Under the pieces are notes generated by a model. That model did no database searches and was not told where the DNA came from. It saw only the letters and a list, made by a program, of their open reading frames with translations. From contig RDEW01000010.1 in NCBI GenBank assembly GCA_011109175.1, forward strand, positions 1,327,999-1,360,998: a stretch of DNA of 33,000 nt, given 5' to 3'. This DNA is from Dicyema japonicum. Taxonomy: Eukaryota > Animalia > Dicyemida. Of this stretch, positions 1 to 11,035 are shown in pieces. Each line of letters begins with the position of its first letter. The stretch's first letter is position 1. Position numbers and translations under genes: made by a program.

Positions 1-565
1 AACCTTGAAAAAAGGAGTAAATAATTGATAGATTGTCGAGCATAGTCTATATGTTTACGTTTTCGTACTCTGAGGCTTTCTTCTAGACGGCTGAGTTGAG
101 ATTTTCTTCCTTCATATCAGTTAGGGGAATAGTAGTAATTGATTTTGATGTTCCTCGTTTGGGCACAAATTTGGCAGAGGAGGCTATCCGGGAAGAGAGT
201 GGTCGGAAGTCTTGTTTCTTTTTGGGGAGAAACAATAACAACACCATGTATTTTCGTAATTGCAACATTTACCTGATAGGATAATCAGTTATTTTACCAT
301 TGTTCAATATTAACAGAATAAGTCTGGAAACTCAAGACCAACAACTTTTCCAGATTCTGATTTTTTCCATTCCTTCCCTCATATACAAACAATATATCCT
401 CCCAAATATCAAACACACATGTCCAGCATAAATTACACCGTTGTCTATATTCGCACAAAGCAAACTTGAATTTAAATCAATCTTCGAATTCTGCAACAAA
501 AAAACGCCTACCTTATTAAGGTGAACGATTAATGTTAAAACAGTGAACATTTGACGGACAAACAA
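1..565 (-). CDS. possible multi-exon gene fragment running off the window start; product unknown
   Basis: Short minus-strand ORFs (332-565, 83-268) are separated by GT..AG segments of micro-intron size (e.g. gtaggcgtttttttgttgcag). I could not build one consistent frame or recognise a domain. Confidence 0.25.
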
Positions 566-819
566 CGGAATTTTATTAAAAATACGAAATCGACCATAAA
601 GAATAGATACTTGTGTACATGGAATATTAATATATATTTGAAAATAAAAAATCTCCTCTCTGGAGGCTAATGAAAGACTTTAGACAACACCGAAATGTGG
701 GAAGAGACACCAGGATCACTTTAATTTTCTATTTTATGTTCCTGGGATTATAATTATAAGTCTGGAAACCAAATGTCACAAATCAACTATTAACAGAACA
801 TCAAATTATTATTAACTAC

Positions 820-985
820 ACGTGGATACTCCCGTGGTGTAAACGTTAGTGATGCTATGTGGAAGATTTATGGTTGTTTCTTATGTTCTTTTTCTAATAG
901 AATAGTGTGATCGACTCGTGTGGAAGGACTCTGTTAAGAGGAAACTGGATAAACTTAGTTGTTAACAAACTTATGTGAATAATGG
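820..985 (+). mobile_element. diverged fragment of the SINE family at 21159-21495
   Basis: ggaaggactctgttaagaggaaactggataaacttagttgtt (~923-963) aligns with ggatggactctgtagaagtggaaactggatacacttaattagttgtt in the 21159-21495 element. ctaatagaatagtgtgatc resembles ctattagagtggcgtcatgtgatc. Confidence 0.5.
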
Positions 986-1068
986 TAGTTAATATTTGTA
1001 ATAACATATTTTGTATGTTAAAATATACATAATACTGTTAATGATTAAATTAAATGTTTGACATCAAT

Positions 1069-3361
1069 TCATTTAATACTTTTTAACTTTTCGTCCAATT
1101 TATCCAGTGATTCCAACAAACGGTTCTCCTCTATTGAAAGAACTGATGGATCTGACTAATTAAACAATAATAACTGGTTTGTGGAGAAGATGCGGTACTC
1201 ACAAGTCTGTTCATCAAACTCATAGATAGATTGTCGTAGTTTACGTACTTTTCGGCTGCATTGAAGAAGGCTATACTGTCCAATGCTACTTAATCTCATA
1301 TTCAACTACTTGGGAGGGAATTGACTCTTGTATTCGATTTCTTTGGAATAGACGATGACTTGGGAGGATTAACCAAGTAATTGAGTGAATGAGATGATCC
1401 ATGTCTTTAATTGTATACCTGTATTACCTTCCACTCATTGTACAGGCAGGTCGTTTGTCAGAGGTTGGACTCGTTCTATTAAATACAGCTGTTTGGGGAC
1501 GTCTCTCACTAACTTCTCTCCCTGATAGAAGGCTTCCATCGAAATCAACGAGGTTAGGCATCCTCAATTGCTGGTTCTCATACAGTGGGTTGAGGAATGG
1601 TTTCTTGTCTATTATCAGAGGCACGTGGAATGGGATTTCTGTAACATCAACTACATTCCTTTACTTTTATATTTTTCTCTATAAGTTTGCACTTGTTTCA
1701 CTTCTTCCTTGGTTTGTTGTTCCATGGTATCTACATTTTCTGATGGTTCTAGTAAATGTTGAGCTTTTAGTAATTATACATTTACTTGTTTGTAATATAT
1801 TTTTTGATTGGACACGTGGAGGATGCTGATCCGCAAATCGAACAGATTTGACCTTCAATATTACAATAGTGGATACGTTCTCCTCAATGGTGGTCTTTGA
1901 ACGGACTTTCATTACTTCAATGCTGTCGAATATAACTGTTTTGGACTTTTTAAACTGTCCTGGTGATTTTTTTAAGATTCCTTTTATGATTTTACTACTC
2001 TGATTCTTTCAAGAATATTCATTACCTGCTCAGTCGTATTGCTCTTTGGATAATGTAGTCGAGGACTGAGGAATGAGTTATCACAAATGCCAAATTCTTT
2101 ATCGGGAACATTTTCTTCCAATTTTGGCTGTGTGTAGCTCTTTGTGAGACCAGTCTTTGGTTTATAAAACTTGTTTTGAGTTGTCGTTGGCTGAGTTTTT
2201 GACAGATCGGAAGACGGAATTACAAGATCAATTGATATGTCCTCGGGGATTTCTGTTATCAGTTCTGGCATCTTAGAAACATTTTTCGTGGGCCTTGATG
2301 ACTTTGGTCTCATTATTATATTTTTAACTTCTTCCTTAACAGTTTGTGGAATTTCAGACGTAGTTTTGATCAAATCGTTGGGATTCGATGACTTTGCCTT
2401 TTCATTCATAAGATGCGATGTCTCTGTTTTTTGATTACTGCAATCCTCGGGGCATGCTCGTTGAGTAACCGTGGTTGATTGAGGATGAGAAGTAATGAGT
2501 AACTGAGGACGTTGAAACATAGTTTGACTCAACGGACTTCGGGAATATGTTGATAGCTGATGATTTTTAAACTGTGGTTCACTTGCATCTGTTTTTCTCG
2601 TATTTTCTTTTAAAATATCGAATGTATCCTTTGGAGGTTGAAACACAGGAGATCTGATGATATGCGTGTTGGTCCTCATTGTAGGTTCAGGAGTACTCCT
2701 ATATCTCTTATCTTCCCAATCAGTTTTATTTCTCCTTAATCCGTTGGTTACTTCTTCTCGAATTTGTGCAATAGGACTATGGTGAAATGATCTTGTAGAT
2801 CTTTCACTCCCACATGATGAGGCCGAGGTTATTCTATAAACGTCATATTTTGCTGATTTGTCTGTAATACTAAACCAATCAGTACTGCTGGTATTCTGAA
2901 TTGGAATGGAATGTGAGGCCGAGGATATTTGACGTTGTGTATTAATCTTCATCATTCTTTGGGAATAAATCGATTTCAAATGCACTAAAATAATACTTTT
3001 GGAAAATCATTACGGAGCCTGGATGACGGCGTTTGTTGCCGTTTCTTAACGTACGTGGCCCTTTGGTACTTTTCCGTGATCTCCTGAATACGTTGGTGAC
3101 GTTCTGCCAGGACCTTCTTTCTGTACTCTTCTTCCTCGGCTTGTTGTCGGAGTTTCTTTTCTTCGTAATTTCTACAATTATATTCCATTAAATTAAAATT
3201 ATGTTAACGTTTAATACTTTTGCCGTCTCCGCGTTTCCAACTCATTGCGGTGGTCAAATCTCAGTGGAACACTTTGTGGGATCTCCCTTTGATTACTCCC
3301 ATAGAAATGTCTCTCAATGTTCTCTCTAAGCAAATAACATTAAACACTACAAATAGGACAT
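1069..3361 (-). CDS. CEP126: CEP126 (KIAA1377)-like centrosomal protein, ~682 aa, 10 exons
   Basis: Removing GT-AG introns at 3326-3350, 3172-3217, 2985-3013, 2000-2025 (or 2006-2025), 1764-1785, 1639-1664, 1405-1427, 1286-1309 and 1152-1174 gives one open frame from ATG 3361 to TGA 1069; all phases were checked. Blocks resembling CEP126, from memory: ETRRRQKNYEEKK...RKKVLAERHQRIQEITEKYQRA, KGILKK...DSIEVMK, KSVRF, DSIAFFNAAEK and C-terminal LSIEENRLLESLDKLDEKL. Confidence 0.75.
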
Positions 3362-3779
3362 TTTACATCATTTCTGAATGGAAACCTTGGTTTTTAATAT
3401 TGTCATTTGAATCCAGAAAATTAATTAAAATAATTAATTTAAATATGCATTTTTAATTATTCTTAAAATTGATCATTTCCGTGTTTTTATCGACAGCCGT
3501 TGACAACCAAAATCTTAAAAATCATTACATGATATAATTTTAGTCTCAAATTATATTCAACAAATTTGAATCATACAGTTTTAACTTTTGTGTGGAAAAT
3601 TTAGATTTTTGGATATTTTGTGATTAAATTCATCAAAATGCATGGTGTCGAAGTAGTCAAAACAGTCAAAATATAATTTTTGTGAAAATTGATAATTTCA
3701 TATATTTTACGAAATTTCAGCGCAAAAGTTCGATTCGGAATTATTATATATACGGAAATGATGATTTGGAGACGTGTAA
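3362..3779. promoter_or_regulatory. short AT-rich divergent intergenic region, putative bidirectional promoter
   Basis: 418 bp between the head-to-head start codons of the CEP126-like gene (-) and the POU gene (+). Inferred from position only. Confidence 0.4.
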
Positions 3780-4682
3780 ATGGATTATCCACACAATTAT
3801 GATCTCGACAATGGTAACAAGCCGGAAAACCAATTCTCCAGCCAATATGGAAATCCAAAGTTATTTTACAACAATTTCTTTTACCCATCTGAACCCCCAA
3901 TAAATAATGATGATGTATTCGGACTCATCCGCAACCAAGATTACTACCCTAGACTGTATGAGATCCCACATGGGGGAGGGGAGGACTATTGGAATTCGTA
4001 CCAAGTAAATGAAATAAATAATTTTAACTTTTTGTGTCACACAAAACCACAAATGGAAGATCAAAAGTTCAACATTGTAACACTGTGCAGTGATAAAAAT
4101 ACTTGCAATGAGGAATATGTTAAAATCACCTCAGAAGAACTTATTGAGTTTGCAAACAAATTCAAACAAATCAGAATTAGAAATGGATACACTCAGGCTG
4201 ACGTGGGGAACTCATTGGGGAATCTCTATGGAACCTTCCTCTCCCAGACGACCGTGTGTCGTTTCGAATCCCTGCAACTCTCCTCAAAGAATATGTGTAA
4301 ACTGAAACCCCTAATGGAAAAGTGGATAAAGGAAATCACGTTCAATAATGTTGATTTTAATGGATCAGAAAAACAGTTTATATTGGGAAGTAAACGGAAA
4401 AAGAGGACTCCGATCGACAGTTCCGTGAAATATATGCTTGAAAAGTACTTCTCTCAAAATCAAAAGCCTGGATCGTTGATTATCCGCCAGATTGCTAATA
4501 CCTTAAAACTCGACAAGGATGTAATTCGAGTCTGGTTTTGTAATCGTCGACAGAAAGAGAAGAGAAACTTAGGATACAACCATTCCTTACCGGGCGAAGG
4601 GAATTTTTCCTTGGACAATCCCTTCAGTGAAACCAGGGAGGATCCCTTATATTACGGAATGAATGGTAGTCGACATGTTTAA
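3780..4682 (+). CDS. POU3: POU domain class III transcription factor (Brn1/2/4, vvl-like), intronless, 300 aa
   Basis: POU-specific domain EELIEFANKFKQIRIRNGYTQADVGNSLGNLYG...SQTTVCRFESLQLSSKNMCKLKPLMEKW. POU homeodomain KRKKRTPID...VIRVWFCNRRQKEKR. The LQLSxKNMCKLKP and KRKKRT signatures, and the lack of introns, match class III. Confidence 0.93.
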   Translation: MDYPHNYDLDNGNKPENQFSSQYGNPKLFYNNFFYPSEPPINNDDVFGLIRNQDYYPRLYEIPHGGGEDYWNSYQVNEINNFNFLCHTKPQMEDQKFNIVTLCSDKNTCNEEYVKITSEELIEFANKFKQIRIRNGYTQADVGNSLGNLYGTFLSQTTVCRFESLQLSSKNMCKLKPLMEKWIKEITFNNVDFNGSEKQFILGSKRKKRTPIDSSVKYMLEKYFSQNQKPGSLIIRQIANTLKLDKDVIRVWFCNRRQKEKRNLGYNHSLPGEGNFSLDNPFSETREDPLYYGMNGSRHV

Positions 4683-5559
4683 TTATTTTCATGCTTTATT
4701 GGAGTTTTACAAGTTAATAAATTATTATGTCAATCAAAACGTCCACTCGACAGTTTGTATTTATAGTGTTAGGTAATGAATATTCACTTGTGACCACACG
4801 TTTGCGACACATTGTGCATAAATTATTGGAAAACAGGTGTATCTCATTAAAGAGGTTAAGTAATAAAATTATTTTTACATTGACAGGTCCCTCGTTACTT
4901 AAAACACTGATTAACCGGGTAAAGTTTACAAATTAAGTTATTACCATTCATAGCTTAATTGACAAAATACATCATGTTCACACTATAATCACACGATCGG
5001 AGGTATCCACGGTTTTAGAAGACCTCCGTGTCATTCTCCTGTTTTTGATGGTCTTGGTTATACCTCTAAGTTCGACCTAGATTTTGTTTTCGTTGAATGA
5101 GCTTTCAAAAATTTATTAACCAGGGCAAAAACCCGGAAGTGATGGAATTGTGTTTCTTAAAGGCTTTTTTCTCGAAGGATTTCCTTCTGCACTTTTTAAC
5201 GAGAGGCTGAGGATCCTCGATTCGTTCTTGTGGAAAAATTATCTATTCATCCACAAGTTAATTTTTGCTCTTAGGTGCTTGCTTGCTTTCAGGCACTGTA
5301 AACACCGTCGATTTAACCTTAAAATCCTTAGTGGAAGATGTTATAAATGTCATGATCGTGGATGTAAAAACTCCACACTTTTAGCAATAGTCAACATAGC
5401 AATCACTTGACACTCTCTAAAGCGAAGGAATGGAGAATAGTAGTCGTGAAGATGCCTACCCAATTTCTGAGATGAGGACTCTGCTCAACAACGAGAGCCC
5501 TCTCATTGGCATCTCATGATGTCTGTGAGACTCCACATTCACTTCTGCAAGAAAAGTTC

Positions 5560-5940
5560 TGGAAGATTTTCCAGCTTGCGGCCCTAAATGATATTATTAA
5601 ATATGCTCTTGAAGGTGCTGGTTTCCCTTTTATCATTGAACCTGTTGTACTTGATGTGACCAGAAGGATGGCAATCTTTTCATTTCCAAGGATGTTCTCT
5701 CATATATGATGTTACTTGTGTTTATACCTTTTCCATGACTAATATATACTCAGACTGCGTTTGGGGCCTTTCTGTTTTGTCCTAATAGCATTTGAGACTT
5801 TGAATGTGGGCAGGCCTGTCACCAGAGGTGCTCTTGGAAGCACAATCTCGTTCAGGTTTGGGAATTCTCGGAGCAGTGTTGGTCGTGCGAACGTCTTAGA
5901 AATTCCATTGCTTGCCGCACTGTCTCTTGGTAGTTAATAC
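5560..5940 (+). mobile_element. degraded 3' fragment of a CRE-like RLE retrotransposon
   Basis: AALNDIIKYALEGAGFPFIIEP, YDVTCVYTF and PIAFET blocks match the intact C-terminus at 11036-12074. Frameshifts and stops are present. Confidence 0.7.
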
Positions 5941-6358
5941 CTGATTCGCTTCTTTTGTAAAATAATGATGATTTTTATATAAAAATCATAATTAGAATAT
6001 CTGTTTAACAATTGATATTTCTCTCAAGGATGAGACTATAACTTTGAGTCTTGGTGTATCCAACAATATCAATATACAAATTAGTCGTATTTGTTTAGTC
6101 CACTTTAGACTTTAACGAGAGTTATATTTTTTGATTTAAAACGTCAAAAATCAAGTATTTATATTGATTTCCATTTTTGTCTAAATTAAACTAATTTCAT
6201 TAAGTTGGCCTGACAATAATGATCGGTAGTGTTGTAGCTCACAGAATTATATTTCATTATACAAACTAAATGCATATAAAAATAAATTAATATATCCAAA
6301 AAATAAAGTTATTAACGTTTTATTGTATTGAGTAAAGTTATTAACTTTTATTTTTTAT

Positions 6359-6430
6359 AATTTTCGATGTGTTCACCTTTACGTGGAGAAAATTGGATAC
6401 CAGTATCAATCTGGCAACTAAAAGAACCAC
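6359..6430 (+). ncRNA. candidate HDV-like self-cleaving ribozyme at the LINE 5' end
   Basis: P1 AATTTTC(6359-65)/GAAAATT(6388-94). J1/2 GAT. P2 GTGTTC(6369-74)/GAACCAC(6424-30), with one bulge. P3 ACC/GGA, with one mismatch. L3 TTTACGT. GG follows P1'. P4 CCAG/CTGG. C6418 is followed by TAAAA. The element order is that of the HDV double pseudoknot. Confidence 0.72.
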
Positions 6431-6551
6431 AATTATTCCCCTGTCAACCTTTTCAACGACCTCTGGGAAGTCGGACTGGATGATGGTTGCTATTGAGCGG
6501 GCGCGTAGCTTTCGCTCCCAAAGATCGGATTGGCTACTCCTAATCCTTGCT

Positions 6552-6578
6552 GGGGACATCAAACAGAACCCCGGAACC
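6552..6578 (+). other. 2A/StopGo-like peptide GDIKQNPGT (degenerate) preceding the APE domain
   Basis: LLLILAGDIKQNPGT versus the consensus D(V/I)ExNPGP, in frame and about 8 codons before the APE motif IMQFNING. Confidence 0.7.
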
Positions 6579-9500
6579 CAAAAGAACGGGAAAATCCTCA
6601 ATATCATGCAATTCAACATAAACGGCCTCACACACAAATCAAATGAACTTTTTGCATTTCTAACTTCCCACAAAATAGATATTGCCATGCTACAGGAAAC
6701 GAAACTATCAAGAAAGTCAACGCTTCCACACTACAAAGACTACTCAATCGTCCGCCATGGTCGACCAAATTCAAACAGAGGAGGCGGTGTTCTCATACAC
6801 AAATCTATTCCATTTTCCGATACTTTCGCTCAGACACAAGCTCTGTTTGAAGATGACGATCACATCGAACTTACTTCCGTCTTGGTGAAAATAAACCACA
6901 CAAGGTATACATTTGTAAATATCTACATCCCGCCACCAAGTCCCAGTATGAAACATTACTCCCAAAACTAACCGAATTGCAAAAGATTGAAAATGTGATA
7001 ATCTGCGGACACCTAAATGCAAAAGATCCTATCTGGCTAATCGGCCAAAAGATTAATGGAAGGGGGCTTCAGGTCCTCTCTCAACTAGAACAATTAGTTA
7101 TCCTCAATGACAGGAAATCACACACTCGAACAGCTTTTAGACCTGAAGACTCTAATACATCACCTGACTTCACACTATGTTCTCCATCACTATCTTCGAC
7201 GATATCTTGGAGAATTGTATATGACCTACACTTGGACCATAATCCAATTCAACTGTCAATCGAACTACTCTCGCCTATTGTTAGGCATCGGAAAACTATA
7301 ACGAATTACAAGCGTGCAAAATGGGATTCATTCAGAAAAGAAACAGAAAAATTTCTATCCGACTTTTCCGTTGAGAATTTCAAATCGCTTGACGCCGCAA
7401 TGAAATTTTTTAATGAGGTCATCCTCAGTGCCGACAAGAAGTACATTCCAAGAGTACTCATTGCAGAATATAATCCCAATTTCACTATGGAAATTATCGA
7501 AAAGATTTACAAGACGGCGACTCAAAAAATCAAGAATTTATACGGCCGAACTATCCAACCTTAATAGCGATATTACAGAATTAATCAACAAGAGGAAATT
7601 GGACCGTTGGAACAATTTCATCACAAAAATTAACCACCGAACAAAACTAAAAGATTTTTGGGGCACTTTACGTGGAATTCAGTCGAAACAAAATAGAATG
7701 GAGACAACCCAGGCCACCAGTATTGACAAGAATCAAACACCACGTGATTTCACTCATCAGGCAAATGTCATGATGGACCACTACTCAAAAGTGAGTCACA
7801 TAGATATGAACAAATACTCTCGTCCATGCAAATTGAAAAACGTTCAAACTCCTCAAAGAAAAACCAATTGAAATTAGTACGTTGGATGTCGTAAAACTAA
7901 TCAAAAACGCCAAAAACTCTCCTTCCAAAGGGCTTGATGGAATCTGCATTTAAAGCACCTGGGAATGCAAGGACTTAAATCAATAACAGACATAATTTCT
8001 GTGTCCATCTGCAGAATTCCTGCACTATGGAAAAATCCAAAATAATCCCAATCCTGAAACCCAAGAAAGATCCTTCGGATCCGGGATCTTTCAGACCAAT
8101 TTCACTACTATCTGTAGGATCGAAAATTGTCGAATGTGTTGTACTGAAACTAATATCGAAGTATCTTTTCTTCCCTGATTTTCAACATGGCTTTCGTCCA
8201 CAATACTCAACATTAACACATCTCTCTACCTTAACTCAATATCGCTGATGGTTTTAACAATTATAATCCTTCAAAACGGACTATCCTTGCATCGATCGAC
8301 CTAACCAAGGCGTTCGATCGAACATCAAGGCGCGTGATAAACAACAAAATTCTTGTATCTGGAATTTCTCCACGTCTTCAGAATTGGTTAACAAATTTCC
8401 TCTCTGGAAGAATTGGTCGAGCTGAAATTATGTCATGTCTATCTTATTACAGACTCCTTCCAAATGGAGTTCCCCAAGGCTCCGTTTTATCACCCACCTT
8501 ATTCAACTTACACCTAAGCGACATTCCAATCAATTCCAAGACACTTCTCCTATTGTATGTGGATGACATGATTGTTGCCTCTAAAGACATAGTCGTCAAC
8601 GAAGCAACGAAGGATGTTCAGATCCACTTGAACACTCTTAAAGAGTGGCATGGAGCTAACCACCTATCCCTCTCTCCATCGAAATCCACCGTCACTGTAT
8701 TCACGTCCAACCGTCGCCAACTAAATTTTCAACCTATTTTAACAATCCATGGACAACCACTCACCTTTACGAAACATCCCAAAATACTTGGAGTTATTTA
8801 TGACCAACTACTAACCTTTTCTAAACATGTGGAGGAACAATGTACAAAGGCCTTTCAAAAGATTAACATACTTAAAGCTGTGTCAGTCCATTCCTTTGGT
8901 CAAAGCAAAAAAGCCCTAACCATCATAAACAATTTATTCGAACAACTATTAACTATGCAAGCCCTTGCTGGTCGACCTCTGCCTCTCTTACTTCTATTGA
9001 CAAACTACAAAAAGTACAAAACATCGCGCTCAGGATAATTACTGGATGTCTCAGATAAACTCCTGTCGATCATCTACATTGGGAGTCAAAGATCCTTCCA
9101 ATTGGAGACCATCTGGAAATGAGAGCCCAGCAGTTCCTCTCTCAAGCCTACAATCTAGAACATCCCTGCCAATCCCTATGCAAGCAGCAAAACAAAAGGA
9201 AAATTATTATGACAACCAGTGATTTGTCTCGAATGTTATCATCCATTCCTTCCATCCCCAATGACAGGAGTCGTCTGAAACAGATACACGATTTTGTTTC
9301 TACGAGAAGCATCCGAAGACTCGGAGACAATAAAATACTACAGCGACCCCCTCCTCCAATAGACCAATCAGAATATTCTTTTTCAAGGGACGTGCGAGTA
9401 AACCTGCCTCGTCTACGATGTGGGCACCACCCATATCTACCAACATATGATGTACTCTGCCCCTTTTGCAACTTCCATGTGCTGACAACAAATCATCTAT

Positions 9501-9919
9501 TTCAATGTCATGAATTGGCACAACACTTCTCCACAATGCCGGAACTGACCGATCTATGGGAGCGACCAACATCTGCTGCGTCCTACTTAATAGCTGCTGG
9601 CCTCCTACAAGTTAGTGAGACTGGGGTTACTTAACTAACTAACTTTTATTGTATTGTTGGTTGAGGTTGTGACGTCCCTCTTCTGTACTATGTCTAATGC
9701 ACACACTAGAAAACTCGTGCTAATAACATTCAATGTGAGAGGGATTGCAACCTCACTAATAATAGATAAAACTTGAGTAAGTAGTAACTTTAAAATATAA
9801 CTCAATGTGTTTCATGTTGCTAGTAACATTAGAATAGTTCATTTTAGTAAAGGCATAATGATTTTGGTCTAAGAAATTGTGTATTTACTAGCAAATAATA
9901 ATAGTGGATAAATCATCCC

Positions 9920-10420
9920 TTAGAGTATTATTACGACTACTGAAATGAACATGGTAGAACAAAGAATGGATAAGATTCTCTTAAAATGGAGAATTCTCAA
10001 GACAAACCGTAGGAAGAAGTTAATCATTGAAACCACTGAATTAGCTGATAACTCTTATCTTCTTTTTGTGGTTCTCGTGGTTAATAGATAACAAATCAAA
10101 GTTAGGATTACATTGATAAATCCCCAAAGTAAAGGAATTAATAAATTATTCCAAAGATCAAAGGAAAAACCATACTAATTCCTTTATCCTGACCCCTTGC
10201 AATAGAACCCTCACCCAAGCATAGTAATCCAGAGGACGTTGTCCATGAAGATGATGTCGTTTCCAGAACTCGTCGCCAAAGAGTGAAATTGTCTCCCGGT
10301 GGAGTTAATCTGCCGATCAGACAATAGGCGCCCCCGAGTAAGGTAGATCTAACGACAGCACCAGAGAGAAGGAAGAAAAACTTTAATCAATTAGCCACAT
10401 GGCAATGGTCAATTTAACAT
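9920..10420 (+). CDS. possible micro-intron-containing gene or pseudogene; product unknown
   Basis: The frame EPSPKHSNPEDVVHEDDVVSRTRRQRVKLSPGG continues as APPSKVDLTT... once a 24-nt GT..AG segment containing a stop is removed. No domain recognised. Confidence 0.25.
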
Positions 10421-10559
10421 AATTCTAAGGAATGTTTTATAACTATGTAACCAGTTTATTTTACAAAAGTAATGTTAATAATTTAGTTAGAAATATTTCC
10501 TTTTTTTAGCAAAGACGTCTTTTCTACGAGCAATTTAGTATTTGGGGTTCTCCAACACA

Positions 10560-10965
10560 CTCTAGATCATCCACAAATTTCGGTTCTGAGCAGACCAAAT
10601 TACTTGTTCCGTCGTCCTGAGAGTCTTTGTTATCTATTCTCGTTTCCTTGTTTAGCTCCTTAGTTCTCTCACAAAACCCGTTTTATTCCTGTATGAAACA
10701 ATCATCGACTCTAAAGTTTTACGTATAACCAATGATTGAATATACGTATAGGTTCTTTCGCTTATGTTCAGAGATCTGGAATGTTCCCACGAGTGTTACC
10801 AATCCATCCCAGGTCAGTACTATTGAGACAATCCTCACTTTCGCATGGTGTATTGATTCCAGTTCTTTCGATAAAAAATCATACTTTCTCAATTTTTCGA
10901 ATTCTACTTGTTGGAGATTTTGGGTTGATGTAATACCCACTTCAAATGTTTTATTTATTATTAAT
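10560..10965 (-). mobile_element. 3' fragment of an R4/Dong-like RLE retrotransposon
   Basis: FEVGITSTQNLQQVEFEKLRKYDFLSKEL...VRIVSIVLTWDGLVT, then after a frameshift SLNISERTYTYIQSLVIRKTLESMI. This is the end of a PD-(D/E)xK RLE with the K..KY motif. Confidence 0.75.
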
Positions 10966-11035
10966 TCAATGTATATATTAAACTTTGAATGTCGTTTTTT
11001 ATCTTTGTACTTAAAATAGTAAATAAACATAAAAT

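Larger units (their letters stand above)
6331..9643 (+). mobile_element. full-length, decayed single-ORF APE-RT LINE (Ingi/I-group-like; no ORF1 or RNase H seen)
   Basis: 13-bp TSD ttttattgtattg (6318-6330 and 9644-9656) and a (TAAC)n tail. APE motifs QFNING, LQET, GGGV, NIYIPP, GHLNA, SPDFT, LDHNPI. RT motifs IPILKP, FRPISLLS, QHGFRP, DLTKAFD, GVPQGSVLSPTLFN, YVDD, KILGV. C-terminal CPFC...H...C knuckle. Several frameshifts. Confidence 0.92.

Noticed and set aside
1401-2434. Plus-strand ORFs 1401-1829 and 2237-2434
   Set aside because: Antisense shadows of the CEP126-like exons.
4980-5410. Minus-strand coding-like frame with in-frame TAA and TAG, raising the idea of stop-codon reassignment
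   Set aside because: The POU, beta-trefoil and RING genes end at TAA and have no internal stops. A pseudogene or chance frame is more likely.
10989-11035. N-terminus of the 361-aa ORF as a domesticated gene start
   Set aside because: It lies in the flank and TSD. It is a chance in-frame extension of a 5'-truncated CRE copy.
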